In this document: positions 24,114-32,682 of the stretch, one piece after another
Position numbering within the stretch: position 1 is the stretch's first letter
Layout: each line of letters opens with the position of its first letter
NCBI GenBank assembly: GCA_965206145.1
Contig: CBDBIK010000005.1
Location: forward strand, 513,206-577,205
Length of the DNA: 64,000 nt
From: Alphaproteobacteria bacterium
Lineage (GTDB): Bacteria; Pseudomonadota; Alphaproteobacteria; TMED109
Direction of reading: 5' to 3'
Notes under the pieces: generated by a model
Told to the model about the DNA's origin: nothing
The model's input: the letters and a program-made list of their open reading frames with translations, nothing else
Database searches by the model: none
Made by a program: the position numbers and the translations under genes

Positions 24114-25606
24114 TGGACGAAGCTGCCCCCAGAAGAAAGCCCGAGTTCGACGAGATCTCCGGCCTCACCGACGTTTCCTCGATCGCCAGCTCCTACATCG
24201 GCGAGCTCGGCCCCGACCCGCGCGTCTGGCAGCGCTACCGCCAGACCCTTGGCGACGACAGGCAGGTCCTCAAGCTCTACCGGGAAACACTTCGAGATGA
24301 ACGCGCCATGGCCGCCCTCGATCAGAGGCTTGATGCCGCCGTGTCGCGGCCCTGGGACGTCGAGCCCGGCGGCGATTCCAGCTCCGCTGCCGATACCGCC
24401 GCTGCCGATCACCTCCGGGTGCAGATCCGCGGCCTTCGATTCAATCGGATTTGCCGCCAGACGCTCTTTTCCCACCTCTGGTTCGGCTTCGCCGTCGCCG
24501 AAGTGCTTTGGGCACCCGGCGATGAGCACGTCGGCATCGCCGACATCCGCGTGCGCGCGCCCGATCGCTTCTTGTGGTCTGCCGCCTGCGATCCCCTCCT
24601 GGTGACCCGGTCCCACCCGCGCGGCGAGGAGCTGTCTGCGGCAAAGTTCGTGGTCCTTACTCGTCCCGGCGAGCACGGCGACACCCCTTATGGCCCCGGC
24701 CTCGGGCGTTGGTGCTTCTGGCCTGTGTGGTTCAAGAGGCACGGGCTGAAGTTCTGGGCTGTCGCACTTGAGCGGTTCGGATCCCCCACCGGCATGGGGA
24801 CGTATCGTCAGGGCGCCACTGAATCGGAGGTCGGCCAGCTCGTCTCCAAGCTCGAATCCCTTGCTACCGCTTCCGGCATCGCCTTGCCGGAAGGCCAGAC
24901 CATCCAGCTCCTTGAGGCACGCCAACGGACCGGTGGCGACTTTGAAGCTTACTGCGGCTACCTCGACCGCATGCTCGCCACCACCATCCTCGGACAGAGC
25001 TCGACCACCGACCAGGGACCGTGGCGAGGCACCGCCGAAGTCCAGCAAGACGTCCGCAACGAAGTCGTCGCCGCCGATTGCCGCACCCTCAACGAAGCGT
25101 TGAGCTCCTCGGTCGCGAGGTGGCTTACCGCTTGGAATTTCCCCGGAGCCGCGACGCCGAAGATCGTTCGCGACGTCGAGCCGCCCGAGAACCTTGATGC
25201 CCGTGCCGAACGCGAGGAGCGGATCGCCCGGACTTCTGGACTGCGGCCTACGCGCGAGCACATCGAAAAGACCTATGGCGGCCGCTGGGAGGAGATACCC
25301 GTGGCAACACCTCCTGCGCCTGGCGCGCTTGAGCACGCGCTCCGGTTCGCCGCCGATGACGGCGACGCGATCTCCCGCGCCGCCGACCTCGCAGGCGACG
25401 ACTGGGAGCCGCTCATGGAGCCGAACCTCCTGCCGTTGCTCGCCGCCGCCGACGCTGCTCTTGAGCGCGGCGAAAGCCTCGCCGGGTTCAGGAACCGGAT
25501 CGCACGTCTGATCGAGGAGATGGACGAAGACATCTTCGCCGGGCGGCTTCACCGCAACGCGTTCTCCGCCACGATCTCCGGAGCCGCGGACGAGACGGAA
25601 AAATGA
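24113..25606 (+). CDS. portal protein (DUF935 / Mu gp29-like)
   Basis: 497 aa, positioned between terminase and MuF. Sequence is typical of DUF935 portals (memory-based). Confidence 0.85.
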   Translation: MDEAAPRRKPEFDEISGLTDVSSIASSYIGELGPDPRVWQRYRQTLGDDRQVLKLYRETLRDERAMAALDQRLDAAVSRPWDVEPGGDSSSAADTAAADHLRVQIRGLRFNRICRQTLFSHLWFGFAVAEVLWAPGDEHVGIADIRVRAPDRFLWSAACDPLLVTRSHPRGEELSAAKFVVLTRPGEHGDTPYGPGLGRWCFWPVWFKRHGLKFWAVALERFGSPTGMGTYRQGATESEVGQLVSKLESLATASGIALPEGQTIQLLEARQRTGGDFEAYCGYLDRMLATTILGQSSTTDQGPWRGTAEVQQDVRNEVVAADCRTLNEALSSSVARWLTAWNFPGAATPKIVRDVEPPENLDARAEREERIARTSGLRPTREHIEKTYGGRWEEIPVATPPAPGALEHALRFAADDGDAISRAADLAGDDWEPLMEPNLLPLLAAADAALERGESLAGFRNRIARLIEEMDEDIFAGRLHRNAFSATISGAADETEK

Positions 25607-25744
25607 ACGGATTCGCCGCCTTGGGAAGTTTCCGGAGATTCCCGCCGTTCGGTCGGGTCGGCACGGCGATCCGCGTCGTCGTCACGAAGGGACCGGCCAT
25701 TCCCGACAGGGACCGCGACGGAGAACGCTCCAGCGCAGGCTTCG

Positions 25745-27028
25745 ATGACATCTTCGGGATGGCTTGATCCCGTGCTCATTGACACCAAACCCGAGGTCCT
25801 CGACGTCCCGCCCAAGGAGGCGATCGAGCACTTCCAGCGAAAGGGCGCGCACTTCGGATTCGACTGGCGGGAAACCTCGGCGTCGCTTCACGCCAGTTCC
25901 TTCACCGTTGCCAAGGCAATGCAGGCGGACGTGCTGAACGACATCCGCCGTGCCGTCGACGAGGCGATTGCCGCCGGCGAAACCTTCGAGACCTTCCGGG
26001 ACCGGCTGGAGCCCCTGCTAGTGAAGAAGGGATGGTGGGGCCAGAAGAGGATGATTGATCCCCTCACCGGCAAGGAGCGTGTGGTGCGACTCGGATCCGC
26101 ACGCCGCCTCCGAACGATCTTCGACACCAATATCCGGACCAGCTACGCAAGCGGCAAGTGGGAGAGGATCCAGCGCCTCAAGGAACGGATGCCCTTCCTC
26201 CGCTACGTCGCCGTCCAGGACAACCGGACCCGGGATCGGCATCGCGTCTGGCACGGTACCGTGCTGCCCGTCGACCATTCCTTCTGGAGGACACACTTTC
26301 CGCCGAACGGATGGATGTGCCGGTGCACCGTCCAGCAGATGGACCGGCACGACCTCGAGCGCTTTGGCTATGAGGTTTCACCGGACCCGAAAGTCCGGAC
26401 CAGGACGTGGGTCAACCGGCGTACCGGAGAGAAGCGGAAGGTTCCGGTCGGGATTGATGCCGGCTTCGACCACAACGTCGGCAGCGTGCCCCCCGCCACC
26501 AAGGCGCAGAGAATCCTGCGGGCGAAGGTGGCTGCCGGCAACGAGGAGGTGGCCCGTGCCACTGTCCGGAACATCGTTGCGGACCCGGTTTTCGAGGAGC
26601 AGTTCGCGGAAGGGAACCTCAGGGAGTGGCTGGTCGGCGTCATTCCACGGGATCTCGTTCCCGCAAAGGCCGGAAGGGACAACTGGATCGGTCCGGTCAT
26701 CGACGACATTCATCCCAGGAAACTCAGAACGAAGCATCCGGAGATCCGGCTGGAGGACTATCGCGAATTCCAGACAGCAATCGAACAAGGCGAAGTCGTG
26801 CTTCAGGAGCGGGACAAGGATCTGCCGACGCTTCTATTCCACATGACACTGTCCGAAGAGCACCGGGCGGAGATTCGAGAACTGCTGAAGAAAGACAAGC
26901 GATGGATGCGTTGGGTGGTGAAACTTCACCCGGAAACCGGGCCGAAACTCACCACGATCTATTCGGTAGGGAGGGACGAGAAAGGGCCAATTCCCAATTC
27001 GGTTCGTTTGCGATCCGAAGAGGGGTAG
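25745..27028 (+). CDS. MuF-like head morphogenesis protein with about 170-aa C-terminal extension
   Basis: MuF hallmarks are FTVAKAM..., TNIRTSYASGKWERIQ, VQDNRTRDRHRVWHG, PPNGWMCRCTV and GIDAGFDHNVG. Extra C-terminal domain lies from about 26507. Confidence 0.85.
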   Translation: MTSSGWLDPVLIDTKPEVLDVPPKEAIEHFQRKGAHFGFDWRETSASLHASSFTVAKAMQADVLNDIRRAVDEAIAAGETFETFRDRLEPLLVKKGWWGQKRMIDPLTGKERVVRLGSARRLRTIFDTNIRTSYASGKWERIQRLKERMPFLRYVAVQDNRTRDRHRVWHGTVLPVDHSFWRTHFPPNGWMCRCTVQQMDRHDLERFGYEVSPDPKVRTRTWVNRRTGEKRKVPVGIDAGFDHNVGSVPPATKAQRILRAKVAAGNEEVARATVRNIVADPVFEEQFAEGNLREWLVGVIPRDLVPAKAGRDNWIGPVIDDIHPRKLRTKHPEIRLEDYREFQTAIEQGEVVLQERDKDLPTLLFHMTLSEEHRAEIRELLKKDKRWMRWVVKLHPETGPKLTTIYSVGRDEKGPIPNSVRLRSEEG

Positions 27029-27429
27029 GAAAAGTGAGGCCCGGGGGTTCGTAACCTCCCCGCTGCTTGCGCAGGTACATCTGACTCGGGCCTCGGGGCC
27101 ATGGTCGCTCCACGAACGCTTGCCGTCAACTCTCCGCTTTCGTCAAACACTTCACCCGTCGTCCAGGAACCCAGCGCGGGCGGACGGCGCGAGGCTCCGG
27201 GAACAAGGCCATTGGCGGCGGTCGGCAATTTGCTGGCCCCGGTGTCGTCTCGGTCCGGTTGCCGCCGGAGCGAACCGAATGTTCCCCCGATAACGTCACG
27301 TCCCCGTCGATGCGATATCGTCCGTTCTCCGCCCACGTCGACCCGTGCCGCCGGAAGAGATGGAGAAATTGGAGGGCGAGATTCGCAGGACGGGCCTGCC
27401 GGACGGCCTGACGGAGGCAAGGATATTGC

Positions 27430-27669
27430 TCGGTGATTCCGGGTGCAGAATTCGGAAGATTTTTCGGCCCGAAAAGGGCTCGTAAAACGCCGGGAAAATT
27501 CCGCTTTATGGACCCTTCAAGGCCTCAGCCGGACAAATTTCCAGTTATTTTTTACGGGAAGAGAGCCGATCAACATCACCTCAAAATGCCTGATTCCATG
27601 GGCGTCAGCCCGTTTCTTCCCGGATAAACCCGGCTCTTCCCAGAATCCAGTTATTTTCGGTTCCCCACA
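27430..27669. repeat. putative Mu-type right end (transposase-binding repeats, terminal ...CACA)
   Basis: AT-rich block. CCAGTTATTTT occurs at 27541 and 27647. CGGGAAGAGAGCCG (27555) is inverted relative to CGGCTCTTCCC (27631). CGAAAA-type motifs lie at 27460-27500. Read from the end inward it starts TGTGGGGAACCGAAAATAACTGG. Host-like coding sequence resumes at 27670. Confidence 0.45.
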
Positions 27670-27828
27670 ATGGTGATGAGCGCGGCGATTTTTGTCGTCG
27701 CAGTCGCGATGCTCGTGCCGGTTTTCGGCAATCACGGGCTGTGGGGGGCGTACCTGCTGTTCATGGTCGCCAGAGCGGCGACTCTCGGGGCTGCCTATCC
27801 CGCACTCGAGCGGGCTTTGGGGAGGTAG
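27670..27828 (+). pseudogene. C-terminal remnant of a MATE-family efflux transporter gene (interrupted by the prophage)
   Basis: Manual translation gives MVMSAAIFVVAVAMLVPVFGNHGLWGAYLLFMVARAATLGAAYPALERALGR*, which resembles the last TM helices of MATE/DinF-type proteins. There is no N-terminal part on this side. Confidence 0.5.
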
Positions 27829-27843
27829 GAACGAGGCTTGGCT

Positions 27844-28614
27844 TCAGGCCTTTCGGGGCTTCCCTCGCATTGTGGATCGGGGTCGAGGCTGGTGAAGAGA
27901 ATCGCTGATTTCCCAGCCGAAATGGAGCAACGGCCCTGCGGCTGCGGCCATGTCGCAGATCGCGTAAATGAGGCTGCGGGACTGTGCCAATCGATCCGTG
28001 ATTTCTCGCCTGACCATGCAGCTTTTCCAGCGCAGGTATTCCTCGACAAGGCTGTCGGCGTGATCTTTGAAGCCTCTCGGCATTGTTTTGAGGGGTTCGC
28101 CTCGCTGGACGAGTCGGTGCTTTGTACGCGAGTTCAGGAGTGGCTCGACAATCTTCAGGAACGTCTCCGGGTCCTCGGCGATGCGTGTTCGCCAGGCGAG
28201 AAGAAACTCAGGAGCCATCGCAAAAAAACCTGCGGCAAGGAAGGATTTCCCCGGTTGGACGTGGGCGTAAAGGAAGCCGGGTTCGCCCTTGTTCCCCGTG
28301 CGTGTGAGCACCATCCCTGCGTGTGTTTTGTAGGGCAGCTTGTCCCTAGAGAAGCGTACGTCACGGTAGATCCGGAACAGGCCGCGTTTCGGGTGTCCTT
28401 GGAGGGGAAAGCCCTTGAGTCTTGCCGATGTGGTGAACTCGGCGAGCAAACACTCGGCCGCGAATTTTATTTCTGAATCGTAAACGTCCTTGCGCTTGAC
28501 GAACCAGTCGCGGCGATTGTTGTGCGCAAGGCTCAAGAGGAAGGAGAACGCTTCCTTTGAAAATCCCTGGAAGTCAGGGCGAACGTCGTCGGGCAGGCCC
28601 TCGGGTCTTCTCAT
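27844..28614 (-). CDS. DUF2461 (TIGR02453) family protein
   Basis: Contains FLLSLAHNNRRDWFVKRKDVYDS...FRIYRDVRFSRDKLPYKTHAG. Start taken at the internal ATG 28614 to avoid overlapping msrA. Confidence 0.75.
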   Translation of the reverse strand: MRRPEGLPDDVRPDFQGFSKEAFSFLLSLAHNNRRDWFVKRKDVYDSEIKFAAECLLAEFTTSARLKGFPLQGHPKRGLFRIYRDVRFSRDKLPYKTHAGMVLTRTGNKGEPGFLYAHVQPGKSFLAAGFFAMAPEFLLAWRTRIAEDPETFLKIVEPLLNSRTKHRLVQRGEPLKTMPRGFKDHADSLVEEYLRWKSCMVRREITDRLAQSRSLIYAICDMAAAAGPLLHFGWEISDSLHQPRPRSTMRGKPRKA

Positions 28615-28634
28615 AGCGGAGGAAGGTCCCGGTG

Positions 28635-29099
28635 TCAGACGGCGGGGCGTCTCTTTTTCTCCTCGTATTGTTGGTGGTAATCCTCGGCGATCCAAAAGTT
28701 CTCGCCTTCGATAATTTCTGTGGTGATTGGGTCTGCGAAGCGTTTCTCGCGCTTGACCTTCTGGTAGATCGAATCAGCAAGGAGTCGCTGGCCGAAGTCG
28801 GCGGCGAAAATTGCCGAGCGGTACTGGCTACCGATGTCGGGTCCTTGTCGGTCGCCTTGGGTCGGATCGTGAATCGACCAGAAGATTTCCAGGAGATCCT
28901 CGTAGGAGATCTGTTCCGGGTCGAACTCAACCTTCACGGTCTCGGCGTGGCCGGTATTTCTGGTGCACACCTCTTCGTAGGTGGGGTTGTTTTTTGATCC
29001 ACCCATGTATCCGACGGACGTTGCAGTGACGCCCTCGACTTTCCGGAACTGCGATTCAACGCCCCAAAAACACCCTGCGGCGAAATAAGCGACAGTCAT
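28635..29099 (-). CDS. msrA: peptide-methionine (S)-S-oxide reductase
   Basis: Contains AYFAAGCFWGVESQF...GHAETVKVEFDP...DPTQGDRQGPDIGSQYRSAIF. ATG at 29099 is preceded by GGAGGAAGC. Confidence 0.9.
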   Translation of the reverse strand: MTVAYFAAGCFWGVESQFRKVEGVTATSVGYMGGSKNNPTYEEVCTRNTGHAETVKVEFDPEQISYEDLLEIFWSIHDPTQGDRQGPDIGSQYRSAIFAADFGQRLLADSIYQKVKREKRFADPITTEIIEGENFWIAEDYHQQYEEKKRRPAV

Positions 29100-29246
29100 G
29101 CTTCCTCCTCTCAAGGCCCTTCTCTATCCGCCGACCATCGTTGCCCGTGTCGGCCCGTGCGTCAATTGACCCTCTCGTTTGCGAGCCGGGAGGCTTTGTG
29201 AAAGAATCTCGAGCGTTTTGGAAAACGGGGCAAGGGGTCCGAAAAC

Positions 29247-31256
29247 ATGGAATCGATTTGGGGCGCTGGTTTCGTTGACCAGATTCTAGCCAGCTCGAAG
29301 ATGATCTGGCTCACCGTTTTTGTCGCGCTCTATTGGGGATATTGCATTTTCTGCGGGGTGAAGGGAGCAATGTCGGCCCGGACCGCGAGCGATTACTTCA
29401 TCGCCGGCCGCTCCATTTCGATTTTTGTGTTCGTGCTGGCTGCGACGGCCACTTCCTTTTCTGGTTGGACCTTCATGGGACATCCCGGACTTATCTACCG
29501 GGATGGGTTCCCCTACGCCTATGCTTCGTTCTACGCCATCACGATTCCCTTCACCGGCGTGCTCTTCCTGAAGCGCCAATGGATGCTCGGTAAGCGCTTC
29601 GGCTTCGTGACGCCGGGCGAGATGCTCTCCACTTATTTCCGCTCCGATGCCATCCGAGTCCTCGTGGTCATCGTGGCTTTGGTGTTCTCAATTCCCTACC
29701 TCGGGGTTCAGCTTCGCGCGTCGGGTTTCTTGTTCAACGTGCTGACCGATGGACTGCTCGGGGTCAATGTTGGCATGTGGCTGCTTTCGCTGGTGGTGCT
29801 CATTTACGTGGCTTCCGGTGGTCTCAGAGCCGTGGCTTACGTGGACACGGTGCAATGCGTCCTGCTCGCCGGCGGCATTACCATCATTGGTGCCATCACT
29901 CTTTTCTACATCGGCGGTTTGGGCAATCTCATTGACGGGATCCAGGCGCTTAGCGAAAGCGACGTAAACCTCACCCCAGACGGTTACAGCCACTACATCG
30001 CCATTCCCGGCGTGATCCAGTGGGTTGAATCCGGCCCTGGTGCCACGGGCGGAGCCTGGACCGGCATCATGGTCCTCACTTACATGTTTGCGCTGATGGG
30101 AATTCAGGCAGCTCCCGCCTTCACCATGTGGGCGTTTTCCAACCGCGACCCGAAGCCATTCGCCCCGCAGCAGGTGTGGGCCTCCTCCTTCGGGATCGGC
30201 GCGATTTTGTTCACGTTCACCGCTATCCAGGGGATCGGTGGCCATCTTCTCGGTGGGGATGCGACCCTGCTGGCAGCGAACCCCGGTGTGGTCAACGATC
30301 TGCTGGGCGAGCATCTCGTCACGGGCGACCTCATGACTGAGGCAGGCAAGCAGGGAATGCTGGTTCCACAGCTGATCAACTTGCTGGAGACGTCGGCTCC
30401 GTGGCTGCTAGCACTTCTTTCGGTGTGTGCGCTTGCGGCGATGCAGTCGACGGGTGCCGCGTACATGTCGACCGCCGGCGGCATGATCACGCGTGATCTC
30501 ATCAAGCGGTATTTCATTCCGTCTGCTGGCCACACGGCCCAGAAAGCGTTCGGCCGATTGGGCGTGTTGGTAATCGTGCTTGCTGCCCTGATCGTGGCCA
30601 CGATTTCGCAGGATGCTCTGGTTCTCCTGGGCGGCCTTGCCGTCGCCTACGGATTCCAGATGTGGCCGTCCTTGATTGCGGTGTGCTGGTGGCCCTGGCT
30701 TACGCGCGCAGGTGTTGTCACCGGGCTCATCGTCGGGCTCATCGCCGTGACGCTTACTGAAAACATGGGGAGAGATTGGTTCGGTATCCAGGCATGGGGG
30801 CGCTGGCCGCTCACCATTCACTCGGCGGGCTGGGGCATCCTTTTCAACCTGGGCGTGGCGATCATCGTCTCCTTCTTTACCCAGAATGAGGGAGAAACCC
30901 GCCATCGCATGACTTACCACGAATTCCTGCGCGAGCATGCAGGTCTACCCGCCGAGAAGCGACGCTTGGTGCCTACCGCGTGGATCGTGACGTTGCTCTG
31001 GTTCTTTTTCGGAATCGGACCGGGTGCGGTGATCGGGAACTGGATCTTCGGTGACCCGAACACTCCGACCGAGTGGATCTTTGGAATTCCGTCGATCTGG
31101 GCCTGGCAGATTCTGTTCTGGGCGATCGGCGTCTACATGATGTGGATGCTGGCCTACCGGATGGAGCTCTCTACAGCACCGAAGGAAGCAGTGCAGCCAA
31201 TCACGGATGACATTCAGGATCCGGCATTGGCCATGCACCCCACCTCGGATTCTTGA
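29247..31256 (+). CDS. sodium:solute symporter family transporter
   Basis: 669 aa, multi-pass membrane protein. Contains DYFIAGRSIS...GGLRAVAYVDTVQ, typical of the SSF family. Confidence 0.85.
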   Translation: MESIWGAGFVDQILASSKMIWLTVFVALYWGYCIFCGVKGAMSARTASDYFIAGRSISIFVFVLAATATSFSGWTFMGHPGLIYRDGFPYAYASFYAITIPFTGVLFLKRQWMLGKRFGFVTPGEMLSTYFRSDAIRVLVVIVALVFSIPYLGVQLRASGFLFNVLTDGLLGVNVGMWLLSLVVLIYVASGGLRAVAYVDTVQCVLLAGGITIIGAITLFYIGGLGNLIDGIQALSESDVNLTPDGYSHYIAIPGVIQWVESGPGATGGAWTGIMVLTYMFALMGIQAAPAFTMWAFSNRDPKPFAPQQVWASSFGIGAILFTFTAIQGIGGHLLGGDATLLAANPGVVNDLLGEHLVTGDLMTEAGKQGMLVPQLINLLETSAPWLLALLSVCALAAMQSTGAAYMSTAGGMITRDLIKRYFIPSAGHTAQKAFGRLGVLVIVLAALIVATISQDALVLLGGLAVAYGFQMWPSLIAVCWWPWLTRAGVVTGLIVGLIAVTLTENMGRDWFGIQAWGRWPLTIHSAGWGILFNLGVAIIVSFFTQNEGETRHRMTYHEFLREHAGLPAEKRRLVPTAWIVTLLWFFFGIGPGAVIGNWIFGDPNTPTEWIFGIPSIWAWQILFWAIGVYMMWMLAYRMELSTAPKEAVQPITDDIQDPALAMHPTSDS

Positions 31257-31280
31257 CGGGCCGCTCCCGGGGGAGCGGCG

Positions 31281-31511
31281 GTGACCTCGTACGATGCGAT
31301 GAGCACGGTCGTGCTTGCCGCCCTTCTCTACTTCCCGGTATCCCGCATGGTGTGGGTGTTGAGTGTGCGCAGGCTTGAGCGTCGTCGGGGCGAGCACCTG
31401 GACGAAAAGGAGCGTATTGGCCAGCGCAACCGGGCCCGTTTCATCGCCGTGTTGATCACCCTTCCTTTCTCGGCACTGTTCAATCTTTGGATTCACTCCG
31501 TCAGTGCGTGA
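31281..31511 (+). CDS. small membrane protein (76 aa)
   Basis: ORF track. Two hydrophobic segments. Directly follows the symporter. Confidence 0.4.
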   Translation: MTSYDAMSTVVLAALLYFPVSRMVWVLSVRRLERRRGEHLDEKERIGQRNRARFIAVLITLPFSALFNLWIHSVSA

Positions 31512-32079
31512 TCCCGTTTATCGTTGGCTCGCGAAAATTGCGATCGTGCTTGCGGTTGTGACGGCTGCTTGGCTGGTACATGACCACATCTTTGGTGGAA
31601 AACCGGGCCGCTCTGATTACCGCTCCGCCAACACCGCTTTCACCGATGCTCGTTATGAGGAGGCTTTGCGTCGCTATCGGGAAGCCCTCGAGCTTGACCC
31701 CGCCAACGTTTATGCCGCAGAGGGAATCGCCCGCAGTCTCCAGCGGCTTGGCTACGATCAGGAGGCACTTGCGGCGTTTGAGGAGACGCTTGCAGTTGAT
31801 CCGGATTTTGCGCCCGCGCACGCCAACCTAGGGATCCTGCTCGACACCATAGGCCGACACGAGGAGGCGCTCGCTGCCTACCGCTTTGCTCTTGAACTCG
31901 ATCCTGAGCTTTCGGAAGGAATGCACTGGATCGATCGGCTTCTCTACAACGTGCAGGAGCGCCCTCCGACGATTGCGGATCGCAAGGCCTACCTGGAGGA
32001 CCAGTTCCTCCTGCCCCCCAATGAGCGGGTGCTAAGGGTCCCTGAGCAAGACGCCACGCAGCGCCCTTACGAACGCTGA
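31504..32079 (+). CDS. TPR-repeat protein
   Basis: N-terminal TM segment plus repeated YEEALRRYREALELDP / QEALAAFEETLAVDP / HEEALAAYRFALELDP units. Confidence 0.7.
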   Translation: MRDPVYRWLAKIAIVLAVVTAAWLVHDHIFGGKPGRSDYRSANTAFTDARYEEALRRYREALELDPANVYAAEGIARSLQRLGYDQEALAAFEETLAVDPDFAPAHANLGILLDTIGRHEEALAAYRFALELDPELSEGMHWIDRLLYNVQERPPTIADRKAYLEDQFLLPPNERVLRVPEQDATQRPYER

Positions 32080-32080
32080 T

Positions 32081-32302
32081 TTATCCGAGGAAGATGTCGA
32101 GACCGAGAACGTCGACGAGCAGGACCCGCAACGCGAACATCAAGGCGATGCACCCAAACAGGAGACGAACCCAGTCGCGCTCTCCTTCCTCGTCACGCCA
32201 GGTAAGCCCGTGCCAGGCGATGGCGCCTGCCACGGCGAGAAAGATCCAGTCAAGAAGAGGCGTCACCGCAAGCCTGTTCAGTAGCAGGGTGGGAAGAGGC
32301 AT
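32081..32302 (-). CDS. small membrane protein (73 aa)
   Basis: ORF track. Two hydrophobic helices. Confidence 0.4.
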   Translation of the reverse strand: MPLPTLLLNRLAVTPLLDWIFLAVAGAIAWHGLTWRDEEGERDWVRLLFGCIALMFALRVLLVDVLGLDIFLG

Positions 32303-32682
32303 TCACGCGGAAGCTCACCCCCGGTCGCTGCGATGTAAGCGAGTGCGAGTGCGAGCAGCACCAGCATGAGGGCAAGAATTCCGACTCGGATGGCGGGTGC
32401 TCGGTGCTGGATTTCGTTCTCCAAATGGGGAACGGGCCCAGGGCCCAGGCCCTGTACTTGTCGGGCCAGATATCGAACCCAAATCGGCACTCGGCAAGCG
32501 AACATGTAAGCGAGGTAGGCGCGCTCAACGACGAAATACGCATGCCCGTTGCCGAACCAGCAGCGGTGAGCGATCTCGAAGAAACGGAATTCTGGAATAT
32601 CAAGGCGTGCGGAAGCCTTGGCGACGAGGTCGATGTCGCCGGTTTTGCTTTGTGCACGTCGACGTTTCACGATCCATCGCAT
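32278..32682 (-). CDS. hypothetical membrane protein
   Basis: Internal ATG at 32682 (MRWIVKRRRAQSK...). C-terminal TM helix. The upstream extension of the ORF looks non-coding. Confidence 0.4.
   Translation of the reverse strand: MRWIVKRRRAQSKTGDIDLVAKASARLDIPEFRFFEIAHRCWFGNGHAYFVVERAYLAYMFACRVPIWVRYLARQVQGLGPGPVPHLENEIQHRAPAIRVGILALMLVLLALALAYIAATGGELPRECLFPPCY

Larger units (their letters stand above)
1..27669. mobile_element. Mu-like transposable prophage (siphovirus-type tail); left part continues beyond the window, right end predicted near 27669
   Basis: Contains a Mu-type DDE transposase plus MuB-like AAA ATPase, Gam-like, gp16/GemA-like and Mor-like genes, DUF3486-type small terminase, large terminase, DUF935-type portal, MuF, protease/scaffold, capsid and a tail module. 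An AT-rich repeat-bearing terminus lies directly next to a truncated host gene. Confidence 0.8.

Noticed and set aside
10100-27100. Hypothesis that the split morphogenesis module results from a recent inversion of the 10.1-27.1 kb block within a canonical Mu-like prophage
   Set aside because: An inversion with one breakpoint at the phage terminus would place the Mu-type end repeats next to 10100-10450. I see no such repeats there. Instead the repeat-bearing terminus ending in CA lies after MuF and directly abuts a truncated host gene. The minus-strand arm also has its own late motif. This cannot be fully excluded without the left junction.
26959-27485. ORFs in the 640-bp region after MuF, considered as a possible immunity gene for the MuF C-terminal domain: 26959..27420(-), 27101..27436(+) and a 41-codon ORF at 27360..27485(+).
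   Set aside because: The two long ORFs are low-complexity Arg/Pro/Ser-rich shadow frames. The 41-codon ORF has no RBS or recognisable features. There is not enough evidence to call any of them a gene.
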